NCBI GenBank assembly: GCA_977017645.1
Contig: OZ360230.1
Location: forward strand, 75,268,001 to 75,332,000
Direction of reading: 5' to 3'
DNA length: 64,000 nt
Origin: Torpedo marmorata
Lineage: Eukaryota
The notes under the pieces were generated by a model that was given only the letters and a program-made list of their open reading frames with translations, made no database searches and had not been told where the DNA came from. The translations under genes and the position numbers were made by a program. Below, in pieces: positions 13,066 to 23,949 of the stretch; the first letter of the stretch is position 1; every line of letters starts with the position of its first letter.

Positions 13066-14419
13066 CATATTTTAAGTATGATTCAGGACTATCACTTGAA
13101 TAAAACATCAACACTCACACCCTATCCAAATTCTATTTCATGGTTAGTCTGCATCCCAAGGCAATGGTTTTCTGTCATTTTTCTTATAGAGTCATAGAAT
13201 TCCACAGCACAAAAACAGGACCATTGGCCCAAATTGTCCATGCCAACCACATGCGTCCCATTTGCCTGAGTTTGGCTTGTATCCCTCTAAACCTTTCCAA
13301 GAAATGTGAATGTATTAAAATGTACATTTGTTTGGACTGCCCGTGGTGCAGAACCAAACTCAAGTTGAATCATCCACATTACATCATGTCTACTGAGGCA
13401 TTGTGCCGCAATTTGGACCCTGCCTCTGGAAGTATATCTAGCCTGAATTAAATTACTATTAATCAATTTACAATGGAGTCTAACATGTCTTAAATCTCTT
13501 CATCGGGCTATTTTTTTCAACAGTATAAACTTTAGTAGGCAAGCTATCTGGCTATGATTAATATATTCCCTATACTTTTATATTTCTTTCTCCAACCTAT
13601 TACCAGCACGATAACTCAATGTTATATTTCATAGGAGACAGCACCAGAAAAAATATTTGCTGGTAATATTTAATGCAATGCTTTCAGTGGAATGGCCTTT
13701 TCATGCACAGAATTGACTAACCCAGCCACCAATTAAAATTGAGAAATATATTAACAGGCAATTGTTAATATTTCAGTCAAACAGATGCAGCTATTTTTTA
13801 TTTTGCCATTTTCTTCTCAAAAGAATTTTAATCGCGATCAATCAAACTGTCGATGGTCAAAAACAATTGGAAAGGCAGACAGAAAAATGTTCAGTCTCAT
13901 TCAGAATTGTAATTCAGGTTCCTTTGATTTTAATTAAACTTTCTCCATTCCAACATTGGCTTTGCATAGTTATACTTGAGCACACCAAGCAGGAATTCAG
14001 TCGAAATAACACACATAGATGAAGGAAAAGAAAACCAAAGCTATACTTTTGTATGGTCAGTTACATAAACTAAGTTTTCTCCGACTTCAGATCTTAAACT
14101 TTAAGAGTATTCTACATCTGAAGAGTAAAGTTACACTTTTTAAAATCAGTATTCTATTAACAACGTTATATGATTATCCTGTTTTTATAGACAGAAGTGC
14201 AATGAACTTTGTCTCTATGGTATGAAACTTGAATTAAAAACATGACTGTGATGCCTTGTGGTACATTCTTATAATAAACTAAAAGAGAAAACTATCTTTA
14301 GAAAAGCATTTGGATGTGATTTACTATGCTGAGTTCATGCATTTGAAGCATTCTTTCTAAATCATAGGATGTAAAAGATGTAAATACTTTGTAGATCAAA
14401 ATGAATTTTATGCCTGAGC

Positions 14420-14730
14420 TAAACACAATCTGCTGGAAGAACTCAACGGGTCAAGTAGCATCAGTAGGAGAAAAAGAGTGGTCGAGGTTTCAGGTGAAAC
14501 CATTGATCGAGACTGGGAATATAGAGAAGGGAACGAGTGTAAAGAGGACTGGGTGGCAAGGGTGGGACAGGGTCCCTATGCGGGATAAGTGAACCAGATG
14601 TGGTTGATGATCACTTATTATGTTTAATATTATGACTACTTTTTAATACAAATCACGAAAAAGTGTCCCAACCCGAATCACTGACTGATATTTCTCTCAA
14701 TGAATGCTGCCTGACCCTCTGAATCCCTCG
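14420..14730. repeat. Degraded fold-back Penelope-terminal element
   Basis: tgctggaagaactcaacgggtcaagtagca ... tgctgcctgaccctctgaatccctc inverted ends. Confidence 0.5.
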
Positions 14731-16676
14731 ATTTCTCATTGTTTGCACTTATTAAGTTTACCTTTCTTGGTCAGTCTTCAATGTAGTTTCGAAAGGAGGC
14801 AAATTCATTCACAATTAGTCAATAAAAATTGAAAATACAATTGAGACATCAGGTTACAAATGATAAAAAGACAGATACACGAAACAACTTATTTTCATTA
14901 GAAAAAAAGAATGAAACGAAGAGACACATGATCTTGGCAGTTAAATGCTGAAAATGCAGAATAATAGCAATAATAATGAAACATTATTAGAACTCAAAGG
15001 GATATAAACATAAATTTGGCAAATCATAAATGAAAAGTGAATATTTTTGTTTTTTTTGAGCAATATACTCAGAATAGATTTTAAACATACATTTTTTTGC
15101 TTTAGCAATTTAGAAAGGAGCTATTTCAGGATGTAATTACAATTTTCAAACATAAAAGATCAAATATTTCATTCAGTGTGGCTTGGAATGCATGTGAAGA
15201 TCAGTAAAGTGGATTCAATTGCTGGATTGCATCCCTGGAACTTTGACAATCACTTGGAGGACATAGATGAAATTTCAGCCCTCTCTTGGAAGTTTTCCCT
15301 CTGGTTACTCCCCTTCAACAGGGGATTAAGCAAGTTCAGGAGAATCTTTTGGCAGAGACATATTGCAATCAGATGTAGACACAATGCACTTAATAGCCTT
15401 CACACATTCCATGAGCTCCCCTATCCAAAACGGAGAATTTGGAATGGAGAAAAAAGATGATAATTTTTTTGAAAATATTGACATTGAAAAATTAGTTCCA
15501 AAAATAAAAATTCTAATAAGATATGTTGTTAAGCTTAAGGTAATAAAGCCATATTTTCTTTGCAGAATCAAAATATTCAAAGCACATTGAGGGTTAGATT
15601 GTGAGGAAAACAAATCAAGGTACTTTTAATTTCTATACTAGGCAAAAGTTGATGCAAGTTTAAATGCCACTGATCATAATGTTAATGGAAGAAAATCACC
15701 GTGGCTTACACAAACCAAGATCCCAACCAGTCAAGAAATCCAAAAGGAGCTTGAATATAGATTACTGGTGTGAAGACGTTACACGAATATTACACCAATT
15801 AAGGTTTTGGACAAATAGGATAAGCATGTTTTAATTATCTAGGTCAATACATAGTGCAGATGAAGGAAGAATGATAAATGACTGATAAGTAAATGAATAT
15901 TCTATTTTGGATATATTGCCGATTATTTCTTTCATACGAATTATTTTGCAAATGAAACATTTTTGCATTAAAGGTGATGTGCAAATGGTCTCCAAGTATA
16001 CTATTGTTATTGGTGTATCTTACAAACCTGTGCGGCTGTGGAAAGTAAGAATTTTGGGGCATCTGTACATTGAGAATTTATTGTCATATACATAAGTACA
16101 TTCAGAATGGCAAGTTATTAGAAAGTGTAAACACATTAACTTTTAGTATGATCTGCTGAAAATTGTCAGAGCTCTCGTGATTTCAAAGATTTTTGAACCT
16201 TGGTGCCATGGACAACCTTTTGTGGGAGTATTCATTCTCTATATACAGAAGGGAAACATTTTAATCTGGAGAGCACATATTCTCAGAATTTCACATTCAG
16301 CTAAGTATATTTTGCAAAGTTTGCGGCAATCCCCAAACCAAGAATGATTAAGTGGAGCATTTCCTGCTATCAATTGCCCCATCACTAGTCATTCTTGATG
16401 TGGGAACTTCATACTGATGTTTGGCCCCCAATATACCGTATATTTTGGCGTATAAGTCGACTCGCGGATAAGTCGACCCCTTTTTTCAGCCTTATTTTAA
16501 TGGTTTTATTGTATATCCGGCGTATAAGTCGACCCCCAATTTTCGGGCTGTCCGGGCCTCCCAGCAACAATCCAAAATTTGTTACAACACCCCAATCGCC
16601 AAGTAACAAAGCTGTAAATTAAGCAAGTAAGTTAAAAAAAAACAGTAAAAAAAAACCTTTGCTTCTGGCCGGGAAG

Positions 16677-16833
16677 ATGCCAAACGGAGCTGGGTCTAAG
16701 TCTTCAGCTTCGGCTGCAGCCAGAGTCGGCGATGGGCGACTCCATTCTCCACATCGGGTGCGGTGCCGTCCTCATTGAAGAAGTCGCCCTGCTGCCCAAG
16801 TGTGCTCGGTGCAGGAACCACGGCTACGTGTCG
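16677..16833 (+). pseudogene. dmrt1: Captured dmrt1-like exon-1 fragment (N-terminus to first half of the DM domain), frameshifted
   Basis: ATG CCA AAC (MPN) at 16677; AAG AAG TCG CCC tg CTG CCC AAG TGT GCT CGG TGC AGG AAC CAC GGC TAC GTG TCG = KKSP[-]LPKCARCRNHGYVS, matching vertebrate DMRT1 KKSPRLPKCARCRNHGY(A/V)S; truncated before PLKGHKR. Confidence 0.8.
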
Positions 16834-17140
16834 GCTCCCAGGCAGGAGTGGCGACCTCGTTCTCCCGGGCAGGAGCGGCGACCTCGTTCTCCCGGGCAGG
16901 AGTGGCGACGTCGTTCTCCCGAGCAGGTGCGGCGACCTCGTTCTCTCGGGCAGGAGCGGCGACCTCGTTCTCCCGGGCAGGAGCGGCGACCTCGTTCTTT
17001 CGGCAGGTCGGGAACGGACTCGGACTATGTGGCAGGAGCGGGAACCTCACCCTACCGGCCAGGAGCCTCGGCTTACCGGGCAGGAGCCTCGGCTTACCGG
17101 GCAGGAGCGGCGACCTCAGGCTCCCGGGTAGGAGCGGGGA
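16834..17140 (+). repeat. GC-rich minisatellite (about six 27-bp units, then 21-bp units)
   Basis: tctcccgggcaggagcggcgacctcgt tandem repeats, then ggcaggagcctcggcttaccg repeats. Confidence 0.9.
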
Positions 17141-18475
17141 CCTTGGGCTCTACAATTGTAGAATGTCTGTGTGGTTTATGGCAGCGCCCGGCGGTGGGGA
17201 GGTGTCGGGGAGCGGCGGCACCAGCGGTGGGGAGGTGCTTCCAGCTTCGACCTATACGCCAAATCAGTTTTTCATGGGTCGACTTATACGCCAAATCGGG
17301 TTTTCAAGGGTCGACTTATACGTCGAATCGGCATGGAGTAGTTTTTGAGCTGATTTTAAGGTCTCAAAAGTATATCCGGCGTATAAGTCGACCCCTGTTT
17401 TTTGAGAGATTTTTGAGGGTTTCAAGACTCGACTTATACGCCGAAATATACGGTACTTGAAAGTGCAAATTGGCTGTTTGTATCTGGGGCCTGGACAACA
17501 CCATTGTACTCCCTTCATTTCCAGCCAGAAATCCTCATTTGTTTCCAAACCACCATATTACAAAGGTTGTAGCCAAATCAACCCCCAATGTAAGAATGCA
17601 ATGCACCAAAGCTGTAGACCATTCGATCACATGCTCTTTGTTGAACCACAAAAGACAAGCTACATTATGCAAAATCCTGTTCTTCGAAAACAAAACTAAA
17701 TTGATGCAGTAACTTCCCCTCAAGATCATTTTCAGAGAAGAGTAATGACCTTCTTGCTAATGATACAAAAAGAGGCCAATTGTTCATCAGATCCATGTCT
17801 TCTCCCTGTAGAGCAATCCCATCATTCCCATTCCCCCTGTGCATATTTCCCTGTAGCCCTGCAATTTGTTTCCTCTCACATCCCCATCAATTTCCCTTCG
17901 ATTCTTTTTGTCATTAACCTACATTGGAGAGTAATTTACAGTAGACAATTAACCTACCAATGCTTTCAAATTTGGCAGGAAACCAGATCACCCGGAGGAA
18001 ATCATCATCAGGGATCGGGAGTACAGAGCTTTCGTGCTGTCCTAGCCAAATCCTCCAAATTTTCACAGTTGGTTGTTTCTAATTTGCTATTTATAGAACT
18101 GTTCACTTCACAATTTGCTGATACAACAACAATGCCAACATTGCAAATGCAATCAAATCACATGAATTACTTTAGGGTTGCTTTCCTGGGATGTGCAGTT
18201 TTTAAATACCTTTCACAATTCTGTCAAAGGAGCTATCAAAAGATGGGCCCCAATTTTAAAAATGACACCAAATTGATTAGCTCTGTTTGAAAAACAGCAT
18301 CATCTTAAAAATGAACATATTCATTTCAAATAGTGAGTAAAAGCTAAACCAAAAAATCATGTTTTTTAATAATCATAAAATCATAGAAACTAACCCTACT
18401 ATTGGTTACTTGATATCTATGCCATCAAAATATTATCTTGTCTTGTTCACCCAATCTAAATCTAAGTTTCATATA

Positions 18476-18704
18476 CAGTAAAACCCCTGGTATCCCGCAC
18501 CTATGGAGATTAGTAGATGCAGGATAAGTGTATTTTCTGGTTGCTTGAAGATTGCATGTTGCGTGATTGGTGAACTAACGGCGAGGCGCACCAATTTTAA
18601 ACTTCCACATTATTTATTAATTTATTTTCCGCAATTTCTTTTGTTGCCTATTGCCTGAGGCTGTTGGTGGCTTGAATTCCGGATAACAGGCGTTTGTTTT
18701 ACTG
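18476..18704. mobile_element. Tigger/pogo-like MITE (copy 1)
   Basis: TA-CAGTAAAACCCCTGGTATCC ... GGATAACAGGCGTTTGTTTTACTG-TA; homologous copy at 51049-51258. Confidence 0.8.
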
Positions 18705-18885
18705 TATATCGGTTCAAATTCCAAAAAAAAAATCATCCCTGGACAGCAACCCCAGACGAGCCAATATTTTTTATTAACTTGTAAAACACGAAAATCTGTA
18801 GAAACCGTGGTTGAAGTTAAAAACACAAATGCTGGAGAAACTCAGCAGGTCAAACAGTGTCTTTTATGTAGCAAAGGTAGAAATA

Positions 18886-18926
18886 CATAACCGACGTTTC
18901 GGGCTTGAGCCCTTCATCAAAGTATG
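18886..18926 (-). ncRNA. Minimal hammerhead-ribozyme-like motif in the Penelope terminal repeat
   Basis: Reverse complement cauacu-UUGAUGA-a-GGGC ucaa GCCC-GAAAC GUC-gguuaug: core boxes, stem II hairpin, palindromic ACGU helix III, bulged stem I; C3 is U. Confidence 0.55.
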
Positions 18927-21277
18927 AGAAAATGCCGAGAAAGGAGGGAGGGGACAGCAGCAAAGAGGGGGAGGAGGGATGGCTGGGTGGGTGGAAAAAA
19001 ACAGGAAGGACAGGTGAGGGGGGGAGGGGAAGGAAAAGACAAGCAGGTTTAGTGGAAAGCAGAAAAGTCAATGTTAATGCCATCTGGCTGGAGAGTGCCC
19101 AGACGGAAAATAAGATGTTGTTCCTCCAATTTGCGGGTAGTCTGGGTGGGATAGTACATAAGGCCATGGACAGACATGCAAGTGTGGGAGTGTGACTCAG
19201 AATTGAAATGGCTGGCTACTGGGAGGTCGCTGTTGTTGCGGACGGAGAGGAGGTGCTCAGCAAAGCGATCTCCCAATCTACGACCGGTCTCTCCGATGTA
19301 AAGAAAGCCACAAAGGGAGAACCGGATGCAGTAAATAAGTTCTCTGGGTGTACAAGTGAAGTGTAGTTTCACTTGAAAGGCCTGTTTGGGGCCCCGGACC
19401 ATGGTGAGGGGGGAGGTGTGGGCGCTGGTGTTGCACCTCCTGCGGGCACAGGGGAAGGTGCCGGGGGTGCGATGGGTGGGGAGGGATGAGTGCACGAGGG
19501 AATTGTGGAGGGAGCGGTCCCTGCAGAATGCCGAGAGGGGAGGAGAAGGAAAAATGTGTCTGGTGGTGGGATCCTGTAGTAAGTGCCGGAAATTCCGGCG
19601 GATAATGTGTTGGATGCGGAGGCTGGTGGGGTGGTAGGTGATGATGAGGGGGATTCTATGTTTGTTGCGTCTGGGGGCAGAGGGGGCCACGGCAGATGAG
19701 TGGGAAATGGAGGAGATGCGGGTGAGGGCTGAGTTGATGGTGGTGGAGGAGAAGCCACGTTTGTGGAAGCAGGCAGACATTTCAGAAGATCTGGACTGGA
19801 AGACCTCATCTTGGGAACAGATGCGGCGGAGACGGAGAAATTGAGAGAAGGGGATGGAATCCTTGCAGGGGACAGGGTGGATGGAGAAATTGAGAGAAGG
19901 GGATGGAATCCTTGCAGGGGACAGGGTGACGGCGAAATTGAGAGAAGGGGATGGAATCCTTGCAGAGGACAGGGTGTACATGGTCGTAGAGCTTGAGAGC
20001 AGCAGGGGTTGCAGATGGGGAGCAGTGAGAGAGAATCCCACAGAACTCCCTTCGGAGAGCAAAGGCGAACTTCTTCAGGGTAGGCATCCTTCAAAGAGTT
20101 TTCAAAGAGTTGTTGTAGTATTCAGAAGTAAAACACGAAAATCTGTAGACACCGTGGTTGAAGTAAAAAAACACAAATGCTGGAGAAACTCAACAGGTCA
20201 AACAGTGTATTTTATATAGCAAAGGTAGAAATACATAACTGATGTTTCGGGCTTGAGCCCTTCCCCTGTCACCTGCAAGGATTCCATCCCCTTCTCTCAA
20301 TTTCTCCGTCTCCGCCGCATCTGTTCCCAAGATGAGGTCTTCCAGTCCAGATCTTCTGAAATGTCTGCCTGCTTCCACAAACGTGGCTTCCCCTCCACCA
20401 CCATCAACTCAGCCCTCACCCGCATCTCCTCCATTTCCCGCTCATCTGCCCTGGCCCCCTCTGCACCCAGATGCAACAAACATAGAATCCCCCTCATCCT
20501 TACCTACCACCCCACCAGTCTCCGCATCCAACACATTATCTGCCGGAATTTCCGGCACTTACTACAGGATCCCACCACCAGACACATTTTTCCTTCTCCT
20601 CCCCTCTCGGCCTTCCGCAGGGACCACTCCCTCCGCAATTCCCTCGTGCACTCATCCCTCCCCACCCATCGCACCCCCGGCACCTTCCCCTGTGCCCGCA
20701 GGAGGTGCAACACCTGCGCCCACATCTCCCCCCTCACCACGGTCCGGGGCCCCAAACAGGCCTTTCAAGTGAAACTACACTTCACTTGTACATCCAGAGA
20801 ACTTATTTACTGCATCCGGTGCTAGCTTTGTGGCTTTCTCTACATTCGAGAGACCGGTCGTAGATTGGGAGATTGCTTTGCTGAGCACCTCCTCTCCGTC
20901 CGCAACAACAGCGACCTCCCAGTAGCCAGCCATTTCAATTCCGAGTCACACTCCCACACTCACATGTCTGTCCATGGCCTTATGTACTATCCCACCCAGA
21001 CTACCTGCAAATTGGAGGAACAACATCTCATTTTCCGTCTGGGCACTCTCCAGCCAGATGGCATTAACATTGACTTTTCTGCTTTCCACTAACCTGCTTG
21101 TCTTTTCCTTCCCCTCCCCCCTCACCTGTCCTTCCTGTTTTTTTTCCACCCACCCAGCCATCCCTCCTCCCCCTCTTTGCTGCTGTCTCCTCCCTCCTTT
21201 CTCCACCTATCATCTTCTGCCTTTGCCACTCCCCTCCCCCCCTCACTCTTTTGTTCGGACGCCTGCCGGCTTTTTCT

Positions 21278-21318
21278 CATACTTTGATGAAGGGCTCAAG
21301 CCCGAAACGTCGGTTATG
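21278..21318 (+). ncRNA. Minimal hammerhead-ribozyme-like motif in the Penelope terminal repeat
   Basis: catactttgatgaagggctcaagcccgaaacgtcggttatg, identical to the inverted copy at 18886-18926. Confidence 0.55.
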
Positions 21319-21399
21319 TATTTCTACCTTTGCTACATAAAAGACACTGTTTGACCTGCTGAGTTTCTCCAGCATTTGTCTTTTTTATTAACTTAACCT

Positions 21400-21640
21400 C
21401 TACAGCCCATCGATCTCTGGTGGAATCACATCTTTCCTATAATTTGGTGACTAAGAGCAACATTCAGCATATATAGTTCCAGCATGACATCCCTAATCTT
21501 ATATCCTGCGTCCCACCTAATAAAAGAAAATGTCCTGTATGCATTCTCTACCATTTTATGAGTGTGTCCATGTCTTATTTTCCCTTCCTGAATACTTACT
21601 TCAGTGCTCTCCATGCTGAATTCCATTTGATATTCTATTT
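21400..21640 (-). mobile_element. Degraded CR1 fragment
   Basis: KMVENAYRTFSFIRWDAGYKIRDVMLELY resembles the CR1 ORF2 segment KAFGMLAFINQSIEYRSWDVMLKLY at 55315-56562. Confidence 0.6.
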
Positions 21641-21839
21641 GTACAACAGACTAATATTTTACTGGCAGTTCGGAACAGAGCCAGCAGAGGATCCTTTCCA
21701 CTGGTCAGTTCATCAGAAGCCAGAACTTAAACACAATCTGCTGGTGGAACAGCAAGGCAAGAATCAGTGGGGCAGCAGCGTCAGTGGGAGAAAAAGAATG
21801 ATTAATGTTTCAAGCTGAAAGTCTTTGTTAAGACTGGCT

Positions 21840-22360
21840 AGAACCATAGAACCATAGAACATTACAGCACAGAAACAGGCCACTTCGGCCCTTCTAGTCT
21901 GTGCCAAACCATTTTTTTTTGCCTAGTCCCACTGACCTGCACCCAGACCATAGCCCTCCATACCTCTTCCATCCATGTACTTGTCCAAATTCCTCTTAAA
22001 TGTTAAAATTGAGCCCGCATTCACCACTTCAGCTGGAAGCTCGTTCCACACCCACCCCCCTCTCTCTGTGAGAAGTTTCCCCTCATATTCCCCCTAAACT
22101 CTTCCCCTTTCACTCTTAACCCATGTCCTTTGGTTTGTATTTCAACTACACTCAGGGGAAAAAGCCTTTCTACATTTACTCTGTCTGTCCCCCTCATAAT
22201 TTTAAATACCTCTATCAAATCTCCGTTCATTCCTCTACGCTCCAGGGAATAAAGTCCTAACCTGTATAACCTTTCCCTGTAACTCAATTCCGGGCAACAT
22301 CCTGGTAAATCTTCTCTGCACTCTTTCTATCTTATTGATATCTTTCCTGTAGTTAGGTGT
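21840..22360 (-). mobile_element. CR1 LINE 3' fragment
   Basis: LGLYSLERRGMNGDLIEVFKIMRG; tail agaaccatagaaccatagaacattacagcacagaaacaggcc. Confidence 0.88.
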
Positions 22361-22374
22361 AGTTAAATATATAT

Positions 22375-22622
22375 TTTTTTAAATTTGGACATACAGCACG
22401 GTAACAGGCCCTTCCGGCCCATGAGTCCGTGCTGCCCAAATAGCCCAATTAATCTATAATCCCAGTACGCTTTGAAGGGTAGGAGGCAACCGGAGAACCC
22501 GGAGGAAACCTATGCAGACACGGGGAGAACGTACAAACTCCTTGCAGACAGCGCCGGATTCGAACATGGGTCGCCAGTGCTGTAATAACTTTGCGCTAAC
22601 CGCTATGCTAACCATGCCACCC
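22375..22622 (-). mobile_element. tRNA-derived V-SINE (HE1-like)
   Basis: Reverse complement shows A box (tagcatagcggttag), B box (gttcgaatcc), V-domain ggagtttgtacgttctccccgtgtctgc...ggtttcctccggg, and a CR1-like 3' tail. Confidence 0.85.
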
Positions 22623-23309
22623 GAAATGTAGTAGAGGAGCCAGTTTAAGGAAGACAGGGTGGTAGGGGTTGGACAGATGTCCCAAATGGGATTGGTGAAT
22701 TAGGTAGAGGTGAAATATGACGGACAGAGGCAGAGGATTGGCAGTTGCCTGACAAAAAAGAAAGAGAGGCAAGAGAAAAAAAACAATGGGTCAGGCGGAG
22801 GAAGGTGAGTCATACAGGGTAGGGTGGAGTGGGTAATTAGGACAAAGGCTGCCAGTGATGGGATCTGATAAGAAGAGAAGGTGAAACTGGTCATGTAAAG
22901 AGAGACCACAGAACTGAGATAGGGATGAAGGAGAAAGAGCAGAAGAATCCAGTGGGGACATGGGGGTGGAAGGGGATAGAACCAAAGTGGAGGGGGCTGG
23001 GTGGAGGTGGGTGAAACTGGGTGGAGGTGGGAGGGAAGGGGAAGAGCAGAAGTGGTACAGAGGAATAGAGAGGGAATCATTATCTGAAATTAGAAAATTC
23101 TATGTTCGTACCATTGGGCTACAGACGGTCCAGGCGGAATATGAGGTGGTGTTCCTCTTGTTTAGTGGAGAAGGCCCAGGACAGAAAACTTGATGTGGGA
23201 ACGGGAAGGGGAGTTAAAATACCAAGCAACCAGGAGCTCAGGATGGCCACTGAAGACAGAGCATAGAAGCTCTGTGAAATGGTCCCCAAGTCTGCTTCTG
23301 CCTCTCTCC

Positions 23310-23819
23310 ATCATGTTTCACCTTTTCCTGGTGAAAGGAAAACTTCTAAAGATGTACCATGGAGAGCATTCTGGCCGGTTGCATCACTGTCTGGTACAGA
23401 GGTGCCAACATTCAGGTCAAGAAAATACTTCAGAGGGTTGTTAACTCAGCCTGTGACATCACGGGCACCAATCTTCGCTCCATCAAGGACATCTACAAAA
23501 GGCAGTGTCTTAAGAAAGCAGCCTCTATCCTCAAGGACTTCCACAACCCAGCTCATGCCCTCTTCACTGTGCTACCATCAGGAAAAAGGTACAGGAGCCT
23601 GAAGACGAACACTCTGCGGCACAAGGACAGCTTCTTCCCCTCTGCCATCAGATTCCTGAATGAACAATGAACCACAGACACTGCCTTACTTTGTCTTTCT
23701 CTTTTTCTTGCACTATTTTTATTTATCTTGTAAGCTGGTTTATATAAATGTTCTCACTGTGATGCTGCCGCAAAATAACGAATTTCGTGACATGTTCTTG
23801 ACAATAAATTCTGATTCTG
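23310..23819 (+). mobile_element. Rex1/Babar-like LINE 3' fragment
   Basis: MESILAGCITVWY...HALFTVLPSGKRYRSLKTNTLRHKDSFFPSAIRFLN; tail aataaattctgattctg. Confidence 0.85.
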
Positions 23820-23949
23820 GTTCACCAATCCCTCCCCTCCCACCCTGTCCTCTTTACACTGGCTTCTCTACTATATTTTACCACTCTCGGGGAAGGGGTT
23901 CGGCTCGAGAAGTTAACCATTCTTTTTCTACCACTGATGCTGCTTGACC

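Larger units (their letters stand above)
16436..17453. mobile_element. Non-autonomous Tc1/mariner (pogo/Tc2-like) DNA transposon carrying a captured gene fragment
   Basis: 25-bp TIRs CCGTATATTTTGGCGTATAAGTCGA / TCGACTTATACGCCGAAATATACGG (1 mismatch); TA on both sides (16434-16435, 17454-17455); repeated subterminal GGCGTATAAGTCGACCC motifs; no transposase. Confidence 0.9.
18781..21380. mobile_element. Composite Penelope-like insertion (minus arm 18781-20263, inverted plus arm 20264-21380)
   Basis: Both arms encode CKDSIPFSQFLRLRRICSQD...LIYCIR; the minus arm has the intact GIY-YIG motif LYIGETGRRLGDRFAEH and the plus arm is disrupted there; 14-bp TSD ttttttattaactt at 18767-18780 and 21381-21394. 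Confidence 0.92.

Noticed and set aside
15326-15470. Possible minus-strand terminal exon after a polypyrimidine-AG acceptor
   Set aside because: None of the three frames (GAHGMCEGY*, GELMECVKAIK..., SSWNV*) is recognisable and no partner exons were found
16677-16833. An intact dmrt gene or functional exon
   Set aside because: Frameshifted, ends mid-DM domain without PLKGHKR or a splice donor, and lies inside TIRs
16834-17140. CRISPR-like array
   Set aside because: Contiguous tandem units with no unique spacers; eukaryotic context
17760-18010. V-SINE remnant (ggaaaccagatcacccggaggaaa)
   Set aside because: Too degraded; no A/B boxes visible, boundaries unsupported
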